Source: a virus
Taxonomy: Duplodnaviria; Caudoviricetes
Length of the DNA: 41,514 nucleotides
Strand: one strand, 5' to 3'
Virus record (IMG/VR): IMGVR_UViG_3300047275_000229
Span: 1 to 41,514 of that record
This document shows, piece by piece, positions 17,678-27,210 of this stretch (within the stretch, counting starts at the first letter, position 1; each line of letters begins with the position of its first letter). The notes beneath the pieces were generated by a model. That model saw only the letters and a list, made by a program, of their open reading frames with translations. It was not told where the DNA came from and did not search any database. The translations under genes and the position numbers were made by a program.

Positions 17678-18576
17678 TGGCAACGCTATCTGAATTAGTA
17701 GACCAAACGGTCAGTGAGGTTGGTTCTTATGTAAAGAACCAAGACTCGGTAACTGTAATTACCAGCTCGCTGTCAACCACCGATTTAACTATAAACGTTG
17801 ATGACACTACCGCACTTAGCAAGGGTATCGTCGAAATCGACGATGAGCTTTTATATCTAAAGAAAGTTGTAGCAGCCAGCGGTACCGCTCAAGTACTTGG
17901 CGTAGCAGGCAATCCAGTAGGACGAGGATGGAAAGATAGCACGGCAGCAACGCATGCTATTGGTTCAATCGTCCGTAACAATCCTATCTTCCCTAGAATT
18001 CAAGTCAAGCGAGCAATCCTTGACACTATAAAAGGAATGAACTTTCCTTGCATCGCTAACACAACCTTTACATTTAATGGTTCTGACTACTCATACATCA
18101 TGCCAGATTCGCTAGTAGATATTACTGGTATCTCGTGGGATGTTCCAGATTCAACTGGAGTATGGCAGTTAATTAAAGGTTGGAGATTAGATACCAACTA
18201 TTATGATGAAAGCACCGCATCTATTAAGCAGGCTTTAATTCTAAAAGAATCACCAATGCCTGGCAGAACAGTCAATGTTCAATACACAAAATACCCAACA
18301 ATCATTACCGACAATCAAGATTTAACCGTAAGTGGACTACCAGCTTCATGTGAAGATGTAGTTCGCCTCGGTGCTATGTACCGTCTTGTATCGACAGTAG
18401 ACCCAGGAAAGGTTGTAACCACCTCGGTATCTGCTGACATTATTGACCAACCAGTACAAGCTGGCATGTCAACATCTGCATCGAAATACTTATTGGGACT
18501 TTATTCTGCTCGTCTAGCAGAAGAAGTTGCCAAGCAACAAGCCAACTTCCTCAACACAATCCAATACACGAGGTAA
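17677..18576 (+). CDS. Putative head-tail adaptor (tail tubular protein A-like)
   Basis: 299 aa, MATLSELVDQ start and helical termini; position between capsid and fibre genes. Confidence 0.55.
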   Translation: MATLSELVDQTVSEVGSYVKNQDSVTVITSSLSTTDLTINVDDTTALSKGIVEIDDELLYLKKVVAASGTAQVLGVAGNPVGRGWKDSTAATHAIGSIVRNNPIFPRIQVKRAILDTIKGMNFPCIANTTFTFNGSDYSYIMPDSLVDITGISWDVPDSTGVWQLIKGWRLDTNYYDESTASIKQALILKESPMPGRTVNVQYTKYPTIITDNQDLTVSGLPASCEDVVRLGAMYRLVSTVDPGKVVTTSVSADIIDQPVQAGMSTSASKYLLGLYSARLAEEVAKQQANFLNTIQYTR

Positions 18577-18579
18577 TAA

Positions 18580-19323
18580 ATGCCATCACCATCACGCTAT
18601 TACAGCGCTACCGCAGCTAAGACTACGCTGGCATCTGCCATCGACTCAGCATCTTCAAGCTTGCAGCTTACGGCTGCAACCAATTTACCAGCACAATATC
18701 CTTACACTCTTATTCTTGAGAAGGATACCGCTAACGAAGAAATCGTTGAGGTAACTGGTCTTGTAGGTAGTGCTTATCAAATCACCCGCAACATCGATAA
18801 CTCTGGTGCTAAGTCACATGGTGTCGGTGCAATTGTAGAACACGGCGTTAGCGCTCGTGACTTTGCCGATTCTCGCTCACACGAAGTAGCAACAGGTGGA
18901 ACCCACGGAGTAGTTGGTGACTTCGTTGGAACAGAAGGTACTCAGACAATTACTGGTGCTAAAACATTTACCAGTGCAATTTTCTCTGGTGCAACAGGTA
19001 CTTTCGTAACACCAACAATAACAAGTTTTGTGAATGCAACACATAGCCATCAAAATGCTGCTGGCGGTGGGCAACTCGCAATTGCTGCAGTAACCAACCT
19101 GCAGTCGAGCCTTGATACAAAGGCTCCATCAGTACATACTCACGGTCTTGATGCTCGCAACATTATGGACCACGGTGTAGTGGTTACCCAACGTGGTAAC
19201 CTGAATTTTACAGGAAGTCTTGTAGTTACAGATGATGCTGCAAATGACAAGACAGACGTTACGGTAACAGTTCCCGATACATCGGGTCCAATAAAAATCC
19301 TTAGCTTAATGGGAGCAATCTAA
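18580..19323 (+). CDS. Putative tail fibre proximal protein
   Basis: Ser/Thr/Gly-rich; fibre-like repeats GTQTITGAKTF, HSH, VTNLQSSLDTKAPSVHTH. Confidence 0.6.
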   Translation: MPSPSRYYSATAAKTTLASAIDSASSSLQLTAATNLPAQYPYTLILEKDTANEEIVEVTGLVGSAYQITRNIDNSGAKSHGVGAIVEHGVSARDFADSRSHEVATGGTHGVVGDFVGTEGTQTITGAKTFTSAIFSGATGTFVTPTITSFVNATHSHQNAAGGGQLAIAAVTNLQSSLDTKAPSVHTHGLDARNIMDHGVVVTQRGNLNFTGSLVVTDDAANDKTDVTVTVPDTSGPIKILSLMGAI

Positions 19324-19324
19324 T

Positions 19325-21394
19325 ATGGCAACAATACAAACATATACAAGCAGAATCGGAACATTCAACTCTGAAAGAGATGGAGACAGTACAAACGGAT
19401 GTAATGTATCTCCTTCTATTCAATATACTGCAGACGGAACAGCAATCTCTGTTGACTTTGAATCTAACCAAAGCAGCACACCTTATTATGAAAGAGTTAC
19501 AATTCATGTATCAGCAGAAGGTGCGCCAAAAACTACAGTAAGACAAGCAACCTGGACCTTTTTAAATAACGGTAGCACTGGCTACTCTGATTATACTTTT
19601 AACACAAGTAGCGGAACACAACTTGCATCTTTTGCTTTAGATGCAAGTGATAATATAATTGTTCCACTTATTGGAACTGGTAGCGCTGGAACAACTGCGG
19701 GTGCAATTTACTTTGTTAAGTTTACTAAACCATCCGAAGGTTGGAGAGCTTGGGCTCTAAACGGAGTCTCATCAATTAGCTCAAGTATTAGCTCAGCATT
19801 CAACACTATTGGATATAACGGTTCAACTGCTTATGCATACGGTCTAAAAGGCGTATGGCATACAGCATCTGGACATATAGTAGTTTTAACTTACCAGAAC
19901 AGCACACCTAATAACCTATGGCTATTCTATACATTTAATGCATCAACGTTCGCGTATGTATCTTCCAATGGATTTGGTGGCTCAACTACAACAGGTAACT
20001 CACTTATTTCAGGAGTGCAGTTTGGAAGAAACAGCCAAAGCGGTGGAGTCTGGTGGAACCAAGGAACTACAACCACTACCGACCTTGCTAAAATTCAAAT
20101 TTGGAACGTATCAACCGCTGGTGTTATTACATCAGCAAACCGCGGTAAGTTGTTTGGTATCACGCTTGATACATACAGCGCTGGCTTGAGATACGTTGGA
20201 AGAATTAGTAGTGTTTATTATGGAAATAATAAACTTGTATCTATTGCTAGGTCTTCTGCAAGCGGTCAGTACTATTTAAGAGTAGATTCAATTAGCCAAA
20301 CATCTACATCGATAAGCTCTCTTCAATCAGACTCAACATATGCTAGCACTCCAGGTGGTTCATATTCCAGCGGTGGCGCAAGCACTGTTGCACTTCAATT
20401 GCAGCCATTCTACGAAGAAGGATTCGTTAGAATCTGGGCATTCAATGAAAGCTCTCTTGGTATTGGATATCTAGATGCTTATATCGACATAAGCACAAAT
20501 GCAATTACATTTGATACAACATCTTATGATGCTGGTTTTGGCATGACTGGATATATTGGATACGCATATCCAAACTTTTCAGTTCCAACATTTAATAGAC
20601 ATACAGACTTCATACTTCCATCAATTGGAAGCACAACATCAACATTTGAATCTAATCTGTACAACTTGCCAACTGGAAAATCTTGGGCAAATGCAACTAC
20701 AGGTCCAACTGCTGCATCATTTACTTCACCAACTGTAACAAGTCTAAACCTGCAGGGTGGATTAAAATTCCAGATTACTTATACTGGCACAAGCGGTGGT
20801 CATGGTTTTGCATGGTATGGAAGAAGCTTCCATCAATCAGCACCATTTGGATATCAGTTAAAAAGAACATTATCTGGAACCGATACTTATTATAATACTA
20901 CAACTCAAACATTTGGAGCATCACCAGTAACAAATACATCTACTGCCTCATCGGTAACGGTAGATATCCCAGCATCTGCTGGATTTGCTACTAGCGGTGT
21001 CTATGCTTTCTCTGTTGCAATTGTAGATGCAAATGGAATTGCTTCTCCGTTTGGTACAACAGACAGCATAACTTCAACAACTGCAACTGCAACAACTACA
21101 CCTACAGCAACCAGATTTATTCGCAAGACTTTGGCAAATGTAACTTTGTCCCATGAGTATACATTTAACAATCGAGCGTTAGTAAATAAAATAAATGTTG
21201 CCAATGCTGGTAATGGTGCAAGCACCATTGCCGTTCAGGTTGGAGAATTTTATTTAGTTGCCCCAGTTAATCTTCCAGCTGGAGCAACTTTAACTGTTGA
21301 CACATCTCAAGTTGTAGATGCAAATGACAGACTAATGCTTACAAGTTCTAATTCATCCACAGATGTATACATCAGTGGTACAGAAGGTATATAG
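19325..21394 (+). CDS. Putative tail fibre / receptor-binding protein
   Basis: 689 aa, Ser/Thr/Gly/aromatic-rich beta-type composition in fibre cluster. Confidence 0.6.
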   Translation: MATIQTYTSRIGTFNSERDGDSTNGCNVSPSIQYTADGTAISVDFESNQSSTPYYERVTIHVSAEGAPKTTVRQATWTFLNNGSTGYSDYTFNTSSGTQLASFALDASDNIIVPLIGTGSAGTTAGAIYFVKFTKPSEGWRAWALNGVSSISSSISSAFNTIGYNGSTAYAYGLKGVWHTASGHIVVLTYQNSTPNNLWLFYTFNASTFAYVSSNGFGGSTTTGNSLISGVQFGRNSQSGGVWWNQGTTTTTDLAKIQIWNVSTAGVITSANRGKLFGITLDTYSAGLRYVGRISSVYYGNNKLVSIARSSASGQYYLRVDSISQTSTSISSLQSDSTYASTPGGSYSSGGASTVALQLQPFYEEGFVRIWAFNESSLGIGYLDAYIDISTNAITFDTTSYDAGFGMTGYIGYAYPNFSVPTFNRHTDFILPSIGSTTSTFESNLYNLPTGKSWANATTGPTAASFTSPTVTSLNLQGGLKFQITYTGTSGGHGFAWYGRSFHQSAPFGYQLKRTLSGTDTYYNTTTQTFGASPVTNTSTASSVTVDIPASAGFATSGVYAFSVAIVDANGIASPFGTTDSITSTTATATTTPTATRFIRKTLANVTLSHEYTFNNRALVNKINVANAGNGASTIAVQVGEFYLVAPVNLPAGATLTVDTSQVVDANDRLMLTSSNSSTDVYISGTEGI

Positions 21395-21403
21395 GAGAAA
21401 TAA

Positions 21404-22648
21404 ATGGCAATTGATGTATATAGCAGTGGTTCGTCCACACCTACTCCATACTTTGGAAATGGTTTAATAAACATATTTACTCAAAGCGCAACATGGGTTG
21501 CGCCTGCTGGAATTACCAGCGTAAAGGTTCGTTGCTGGGGAGCAGGTGGAGGTGGCGGTGATTCTCAAACTTCAACTCCTTACGCTACTGGTGGTGGTGG
21601 TGGTGGATACGCTGAAAAAGTCGTATCAGTTACTCCTGGAACTTCATACGCAGTAACCGTTGGAGCTGGCGGTATTGGTGGAAACGCTTCCGTTGCAAGC
21701 GGTGCTGGCGGTACTGGTGGTTCATCAAGCTTTGGTTCAGAAATTTCTGCTACTGGTGGTTCTGGTGGCGCTGGGTCTAACTCAAGTTACTTGGGTGGAG
21801 CAGGCGGTACTGGTGCAGGTGGCACAGTAAATTACACTGGCGGTACTGGTGGTTCTTATACAAACAACAATAGAGCTGGTGGTTTTACAGCTACTGGTGG
21901 TGGTGCTGCTGCAGGTCCGTGGGGTAACGGCGGACGTGGCGGAAATATATTTGAAACTTCTGGCAATACTGGAAGATATCACATAACTGGTGGTGGTGGT
22001 ATTGGTGGTAATGGTGGAGATTTGAACTTTGCATCTGGAGATAACCCAGACCGTGTTGCATCTGGCGGTGGTGGGTCTGCAGGCAATGCTGAAATAAAGC
22101 CAATTTCAGTAACTTCAACACCTGGTGACTATTATTTATACGGTGGTCAAGGTACGACTGTAACCACAATAAGAGGACTTGGTTTTAACACACCAGCATC
22201 ATCTTCTACATCTAATACTGCTGTTGAATCTCTTGGTTATGTTCAACCAGATGGTGAATATGGTTCATTAAATGTAAAGTCTCGATTCCCTGGAGAATAC
22301 GTAGATGGTAGCGGTGGAAACCCTGCATATTTACAAGCTCCAAGTACAAGCCATTCTAATCCTCAGTCTTACTATGGTAAGGGTGCGGGAACTGGCGGAC
22401 CTGGTGCGGGTGGTGGTGCTTTATTAACAAACACTGGCGCAACTTTATGGTGGTTCCATGGTGGTAACGGTGGGGTATTTGGCGGTGGCGGTGCTTGTGT
22501 ATACACATCGACAGCTGGCGCATCTACTAACTATGCCCGCGGTGGAAGAGGTGGTCTTGCTGCTGGAGGTGGTGCCTCTGTAGGAATAAGCGGTAACACA
22601 AACTTTGGTGGTCAAGGCGGTAACGGACTGATTGTATTGGAGTACTAA
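21404..22648 (+). CDS. Glycine-rich tail fibre-like protein
   Basis: WVAPAGITSVKVRCWGAGGGGG ... GGQGGNGLIVLEY, typical glycine-rich domain ends. Confidence 0.75.
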   Translation: MAIDVYSSGSSTPTPYFGNGLINIFTQSATWVAPAGITSVKVRCWGAGGGGGDSQTSTPYATGGGGGGYAEKVVSVTPGTSYAVTVGAGGIGGNASVASGAGGTGGSSSFGSEISATGGSGGAGSNSSYLGGAGGTGAGGTVNYTGGTGGSYTNNNRAGGFTATGGGAAAGPWGNGGRGGNIFETSGNTGRYHITGGGGIGGNGGDLNFASGDNPDRVASGGGGSAGNAEIKPISVTSTPGDYYLYGGQGTTVTTIRGLGFNTPASSSTSNTAVESLGYVQPDGEYGSLNVKSRFPGEYVDGSGGNPAYLQAPSTSHSNPQSYYGKGAGTGGPGAGGGALLTNTGATLWWFHGGNGGVFGGGGACVYTSTAGASTNYARGGRGGLAAGGGASVGISGNTNFGGQGGNGLIVLEY

Positions 22649-22863
22649 TGAAATACGCAAGATTAATTGATTCTAAGGTAGTTGAAGTTATTGAAACACC
22701 TGTTGGGTTTTCAATCGAACAGTGCATAGTTCCAGAGCTAGCAGCTCAATGTGTTCCATGCCCTGATGAAGTTCAACAATTCTGGGAGTTTGATGGAAAA
22801 AAATTTGTTGCTCCAGAAATAGTAATTGAACCAATAATTATAGACGCAGAAGTAATCGAGTAA
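22648..22863 (+). CDS. Small protein, possible fibre assembly chaperone
   Basis: MKYARLIDSKVVEVI...WEFDGKKFVAP pattern commonly following glycine-rich fibre genes. Confidence 0.55.
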   Translation: MKYARLIDSKVVEVIETPVGFSIEQCIVPELAAQCVPCPDEVQQFWEFDGKKFVAPEIVIEPIIIDAEVIE

Positions 22864-22872
22864 AGGATAAAC

Positions 22873-23082
22873 ATGTTAGACAAATTTAAATTATCAAAGA
22901 AACAAAAGGCAATCCTGAAGTCATACTTCCGCGGTGTGCTTGTATCTTTCTTGACATTCTTAGCAAGCAACCAACTTGGCTTTGAGCCAGTTGTTTCTGT
23001 ACTTGTAGCCTCAATTGCAGGTCCTGCTGCAAAGGCGCTAGATAAATCAGAAACCGAATACGGAGTAGGGTCGGAAGAGTAA
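22873..23082 (+). CDS. Putative holin
   Basis: 69 aa with two hydrophobic segments, upstream of endolysin. Confidence 0.55.
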   Translation: MLDKFKLSKKQKAILKSYFRGVLVSFLTFLASNQLGFEPVVSVLVASIAGPAAKALDKSETEYGVGSEE

Positions 23083-23276
23083 TGTCTACCAACGAATGGG
23101 CTGGTATCGCCGTCGCGGTTACCACAATAGTCGCCAGCTTTGCTGGCTCTGTTCGTTGGTTAGTCAAGCACTACCTTGCCGAACTTAAACCGAATTCTGG
23201 CTCAAGTCTCCGTGACGCAGTCACAAGACTTGAAACAAGAGTTGATGACCTATTTAGATTAATAGCAGATAAGTGA
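23082..23276 (+). CDS. Small membrane protein (lysis cassette)
   Basis: N-terminal TM helix followed by ELKPNSGSSLRDAVTRLE, recalled as typical of actinophage lysis-region proteins. Confidence 0.65.
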   Translation: MSTNEWAGIAVAVTTIVASFAGSVRWLVKHYLAELKPNSGSSLRDAVTRLETRVDDLFRLIADK

Positions 23277-23281
23277 AATGA

Positions 23282-23779
23282 ATGAAACCTTTTGTAGCCA
23301 AGAAAGCCACACCTGCTGCAATTGCTGTGCTCCGTCAAGCGACGGCATTAGCACCGAAACGCAAGAAAGCAAGCGATGGTCTTCTACCCAGTGCTGCTCA
23401 CCTGAAAGCCAGTCCGACTTCGGACCACAATACTGGGCTAGCAGTCGACCTTACCCATGACCCAAAGAATGGTATTGACTGTGCCGAAATCTTTGAGAAG
23501 CTAAAAGGAGATAAGCGTGTCAAGTATCTTATCTTTAATAAAAAGATTTGGTCTAAAGATAGGGCTAAAGAAGGTAACAGAAAGTACACTGGTAGTAATT
23601 CTCACAGCCATCACTTACATATTTCTATTAATGATAATTGCGGGAACGATACTAGTCCCTGGTTTGTATGGATGAATCAACCAAAGATAAAGAACATAGT
23701 TACAGCAAGGTTATCAACCTTGCCTAAAAAGAAACCGCATACTTGCAACTGCCCAGATTGTCCAAATAAAAAGAAGTAG
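23282..23779 (+). CDS. Putative endolysin catalytic domain (Zn peptidase, M15/DD-peptidase-like)
   Basis: SDHNTGLAVD (H-x6-D) and HSHHLHIS (HxH) Zn ligands; next to holin-like genes. Confidence 0.7.
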   Translation: MKPFVAKKATPAAIAVLRQATALAPKRKKASDGLLPSAAHLKASPTSDHNTGLAVDLTHDPKNGIDCAEIFEKLKGDKRVKYLIFNKKIWSKDRAKEGNRKYTGSNSHSHHLHISINDNCGNDTSPWFVWMNQPKIKNIVTARLSTLPKKKPHTCNCPDCPNKKK

Positions 23780-23789
23780 GAGTTAGAAC

Positions 23790-25703
23790 GTGGCAACTAA
23801 CAATAAAGAGATTGTTGGCGATTTACCTATAATACTTAGCCAGTCTATTCCTACAGCTTTGGTTAGATATGGCAGAGAAGATTTTGCTGCAAGCTACGCT
23901 ATTGGTAATACGCCTTGGCTGTCCGCTGCTTCTGACCAGAATAAAATAAGTCGAATTACTACGACTTATCAAAAGGAACGTATTGACCAAGGTACATCTG
24001 CTGGTGAAAACTCTTTGTCTAACTGGTGGCTTAGGTCTGCTACATCATGGCATCATGGTGCAGGAGAACGTTACTATGACGCGGATACATCTGACCTATA
24101 CCGATACTTTGAATCTTACAATGTAGACGTATGGGAGATTGGTCAATTAAGTTTATTAAAAGAAGCAACCAATCACAGCACCTCTGCTGCTTCTAATCCT
24201 GTTACGGTAAATGGTGGAACATTCTATATCGAAGGAACTGACCTAAAGTTTTACAATGAGTCAACTGGTCTTTCTACAACCATAACTATTTCTGCTGGTG
24301 TCGTACCGCAAAAACTAACAACCGATGGAACATATGCAATTGTTGGAACCAATGATGGTGTTTGGGATGTAACTATTGCAGGTGTCTCACGCAAGCTGTG
24401 GGATTTGCCAACATACGCAGCGTCATCATGGACTGTGCAATCTATTGCGTATGTAAAAGAAAGACTTATTATTGGAGCCCGTGAAGGAACTGTTGAAGTT
24501 GGTATTTACGAAGGGTCTAGAGAATACATCTCACCTACCCCAAAGTTTGATGCAAGTCATGAGCGGTGGGATTCACACAACCCTGATATAGTAATTAACT
24601 CTATAGGTGAATTAAATTCTGCAATCATTGCAGCATATACAGACGGCGCAATATCAAGAGTTCTTTCATTTAGCCTCGATGATGCAAACCCATTGGCTGC
24701 TATTAAGAACCCTAACGTTGTAGCAGAACTACCTCGTGGTGAAACTGTAAACCAAATACGAACATACCTAAGCGACTTTGTTGTCATAGCGACAACCAAA
24801 GGATTGCGTGTTGGTAATCAAACCACAGATGGTAAAGGATTTACATACGGTCCACTGAACGTAGAAGGTGACTGTAAAGATATAGCGTTTAATGACATCT
24901 ATGTGTATGTAACCAGGTCCATGGCAATTAATAACTCCAATGGTTTATGGAGAGTAAACCTAGGAACTGAAGTTGGAAACGGATATGCCTACGCCCCAGA
25001 TTTGGTAACAGATTCTGGAACGGTCAACGGTGTTGCCTTTGTTGGTAACTCTGGTCGTAAATTTATTACATCATCTTCTGGTGTATTTGTTGAATCAGCA
25101 ACTGTATTAGCTCAGTCTGGAACTATCAGTTCTGGCTGGATTAGATGGGGAACATCGGAAAGAAAACAGCCAGTATCTTTATCTATTCGTAATGCTGCAT
25201 CTTATGGAACTGTTGGCTTTAATATTGCAGACCAAGATGGAAACTCTAACGGTATTGGTTCTGTTCCGCTTGGTGGATATACTGAATTCCAGTTGTCTGC
25301 TGGTCTTCAACCTGCAGACCATTTTGAAATTACATTAACTTTAACTAGAAGCACAAGCAATACATCACAAGGTCCAATCGTTGAAGATTGGCAATGCCGT
25401 GCATTACCTGCACCGCTAAGGTCAAGAACAATAACACTTCCGTTGTTATGTTTTGAAGAAGAAAGGGATGCCAACGGTGTCGTACGAGTATCACATCCAT
25501 GGGAGCGGATTAACTATCTGGAACGCATTGAACAAAATGGAGGAGCGGTACTATTCCAAGACTTTTCTTCAGGAGAAGAACGAGTCTGTACTATCCGTGC
25601 TGTCCAGTTTGAACAATCTTCGCCACCCACATTTGCAAGTGGATTCGGTGGAATAGTTACTATTCAGTTACAAACTATTGATACTGAAATACCAATCCAG
25701 TAA
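23790..25703 (+). CDS. Putative tail nozzle (tubular protein B-like) beta-rich protein
   Basis: 637 aa, beta-propeller-like composition, GGAG RBS with GTG start; function inferred. Confidence 0.5.
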   Translation: MATNNKEIVGDLPIILSQSIPTALVRYGREDFAASYAIGNTPWLSAASDQNKISRITTTYQKERIDQGTSAGENSLSNWWLRSATSWHHGAGERYYDADTSDLYRYFESYNVDVWEIGQLSLLKEATNHSTSAASNPVTVNGGTFYIEGTDLKFYNESTGLSTTITISAGVVPQKLTTDGTYAIVGTNDGVWDVTIAGVSRKLWDLPTYAASSWTVQSIAYVKERLIIGAREGTVEVGIYEGSREYISPTPKFDASHERWDSHNPDIVINSIGELNSAIIAAYTDGAISRVLSFSLDDANPLAAIKNPNVVAELPRGETVNQIRTYLSDFVVIATTKGLRVGNQTTDGKGFTYGPLNVEGDCKDIAFNDIYVYVTRSMAINNSNGLWRVNLGTEVGNGYAYAPDLVTDSGTVNGVAFVGNSGRKFITSSSGVFVESATVLAQSGTISSGWIRWGTSERKQPVSLSIRNAASYGTVGFNIADQDGNSNGIGSVPLGGYTEFQLSAGLQPADHFEITLTLTRSTSNTSQGPIVEDWQCRALPAPLRSRTITLPLLCFEEERDANGVVRVSHPWERINYLERIEQNGGAVLFQDFSSGEERVCTIRAVQFEQSSPPTFASGFGGIVTIQLQTIDTEIPIQ

Positions 25704-25921
25704 TGGAACAAAACAAACTAATATCCCTGGTATCACCAGGAGAGCGCCATCCTCTAGTTGCACAAGTAAGAGAGGCGCTTAATATAGCTGGAGATGACGT
25801 GCTTGATGCTCCCCTAGCAGAGGTGCTTAAAGGGTTGCAGCATAAGCTTTCCATTCCAGCAGTCGGGTGCATCAACTTAGCCACGCTGGATGCGCTCGCA
25901 GTAGCTCCACCTGAATGGTAG
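25703..25921 (+). CDS. Stand-alone peptidoglycan-binding-like domain protein
   Basis: PGERHPLVAQVREAL...VLKGLQHKLSIPAVGCINLATLDAL resembles the PG_binding_1 three-helix pattern. Confidence 0.55.
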   Translation: MEQNKLISLVSPGERHPLVAQVREALNIAGDDVLDAPLAEVLKGLQHKLSIPAVGCINLATLDALAVAPPEW

Positions 25922-25929
25922 GGAGCCAG

Positions 25930-25973
25930 AAAGAAAGGGGGAACCAAAACGGTTCCCCCTTCTTTTTGTTTTT
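25930..25973. terminator. Bidirectional intrinsic terminator
   Basis: A-tract, AAGGGGGAACC-AAAAC-GGTTCCCCCTT, T-tract, between convergent genes. Confidence 0.85.
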
Positions 25974-26547
25974 AGAACTTCTGTATCCACACCTGACCAG
26001 ATTGGGTAAGGACTTGGATTCGTCCCTCAAGAATATTTAATATCCAATCAATTGCTGGCGCTGGGTCTAAGTACCTAGATTGTCCAAGGCTCCATGTGTA
26101 ATCATCAAATCCCATTACACCACCTGGCTTAAGGTTTAAGAATCCATTGACTCCATCTTTGACAACTTGAAATGCAGTATGGTCACCATCGATATAAATA
26201 AAATCAAATAACAAATCATGTGGTTTGCCAGCAAAAAAGACATCACTAGTTCCAATAAATGGAATCACTTTACTACCAATAAAGGATTTATTTTTTTCGG
26301 TATAGGTTTTGTAAACATCATTAAAGTCCATGTTTTTATGTACTGGTTCTTCTGACCCTTGCCATGTGTCAACATCCCATAGCCTTGAGTCTTCATGTCC
26401 AAGAATATTGTTAGCCATCCACTCGGTTGCATCTCCTGTGTAGACACCCACCTGAAGGCAAGTGATTGGTCTACCACCCATCCCTCCAAGAAACTTCTCG
26501 AAGTTACTTAATGCTTCGGTTGAACTGAACCAGTTTGGGTATGTCAT
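25972..26547 (-). CDS. Class I SAM-dependent methyltransferase (Methyltransf_24-like)
   Basis: LQVGVYTG, VDTW.GS, FDFIYIDGDH, LKPGGVMGFDDY motifs. Confidence 0.88.
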   Translation of the reverse strand: MTYPNWFSSTEALSNFEKFLGGMGGRPITCLQVGVYTGDATEWMANNILGHEDSRLWDVDTWQGSEEPVHKNMDFNDVYKTYTEKNKSFIGSKVIPFIGTSDVFFAGKPHDLLFDFIYIDGDHTAFQVVKDGVNGFLNLKPGGVMGFDDYTWSLGQSRYLDPAPAIDWILNILEGRIQVLTQSGQVWIQKF

Positions 26548-26696
26548 TAGTATGCGCTCTTATCTTTCTGAAGTATTCGGATAGCCCAGTCTAACCCAGA
26601 GTTAAACCCTTCCATCCATTCATAATCCTTGTGTTCCTTGGGAAGATGCGTCTTCGCATCTTCAATCTTATTAATGAATTTATCTATATCTTTCAT
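26547..26696 (-). CDS. Small hypothetical protein
   Basis: MKDIDKF...SAY*, TAATG-coupled to the methyltransferase; start chosen at ATG 26696. Confidence 0.6.
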   Translation of the reverse strand: MKDIDKFINKIEDAKTHLPKEHKDYEWMEGFNSGLDWAIRILQKDKSAY

Positions 26697-26771
26697 CGGC
26701 TCGCCTTTCGGCGAGCCTTTCCCGCCCACCACCCCTCAACCCTAACACATCCTTGGTAAAAAAAACCAAGG

Positions 26772-26812
26772 GCGTGTCGCTACCAAAGAAAGTCGGTTAT
26801 GCCTCCTATAGT
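26772..26812 (+). promoter_or_regulatory. Putative promoter of replication operon (GCGTGTCGCTACC + TATAGT)
   Basis: 13-mer identical to 32130-32142; -10-like TATAGT at 26807-26812, 7 nt before ATG 26820, suggesting a leaderless transcript. Confidence 0.55.
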
Positions 26813-26819
26813 TATCGGT

Positions 26820-27011
26820 ATGGATAAGCTTCCTCCGCATCGGTCATATAGCCAGTTATCAACCTGGCAATCCTGCCCACAAAAATACTACCTTAGCAAA
26901 GTTGCAATGGTTCCAGAGAAACCTGCAGTTTATTTAGCTGCTGGTTCTGCTGTCCATTCAATGCTGGAATGGTTGAACCATGAGTTCTACAAACAGCAAA
27001 AATCTGATTGA
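26820..27011 (+). CDS. Cas4/RecB-like PD-(D/E)XK exonuclease, N-terminal part
   Basis: HRSYSQLSTWQSCPQKYYL...AAGSAVHSMLE is the typical PDDEXK_1 N-terminus with first Fe-S Cys. Confidence 0.82.
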   Translation: MDKLPPHRSYSQLSTWQSCPQKYYLSKVAMVPEKPAVYLAAGSAVHSMLEWLNHEFYKQQKSD

Positions 27012-27210
27012 CCAAAGAGGAATCCCCAGTAATGAATGTATTAACTGTGGCTCCAACATACAAATCATCAGAGCTATCTTTCAAGATTACCAACTGGTTA
27101 TGTGGTTTACGGATTCTTTCTGTGCTACCTGTGGTTCACCGATGACCACACCTACACCTGTTGATGACCCAGACTACAAGCCACAAGGAGATGACGATGA
27201 GTTTAACTGA
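26980..27210 (+). CDS. Small Zn-ribbon protein
   Basis: CINCG and CATCG pairs; lies between the exonuclease halves. Confidence 0.7.
   Translation: MSSTNSKNLIDQRGIPSNECINCGSNIQIIRAIFQDYQLVMWFTDSFCATCGSPMTTPTPVDDPDYKPQGDDDEFN

Noticed and set aside
18580-22648. Diversity-generating retroelement targeting fibres
   Set aside because: No reverse transcriptase and no template/variable repeat pair seen
27011-27197. Intron or intein interrupting the exonuclease
   Set aside because: Too short, no group I/II features seen, halves are out of frame, and excision between the ATGAGTT repeats gives an immediate stop
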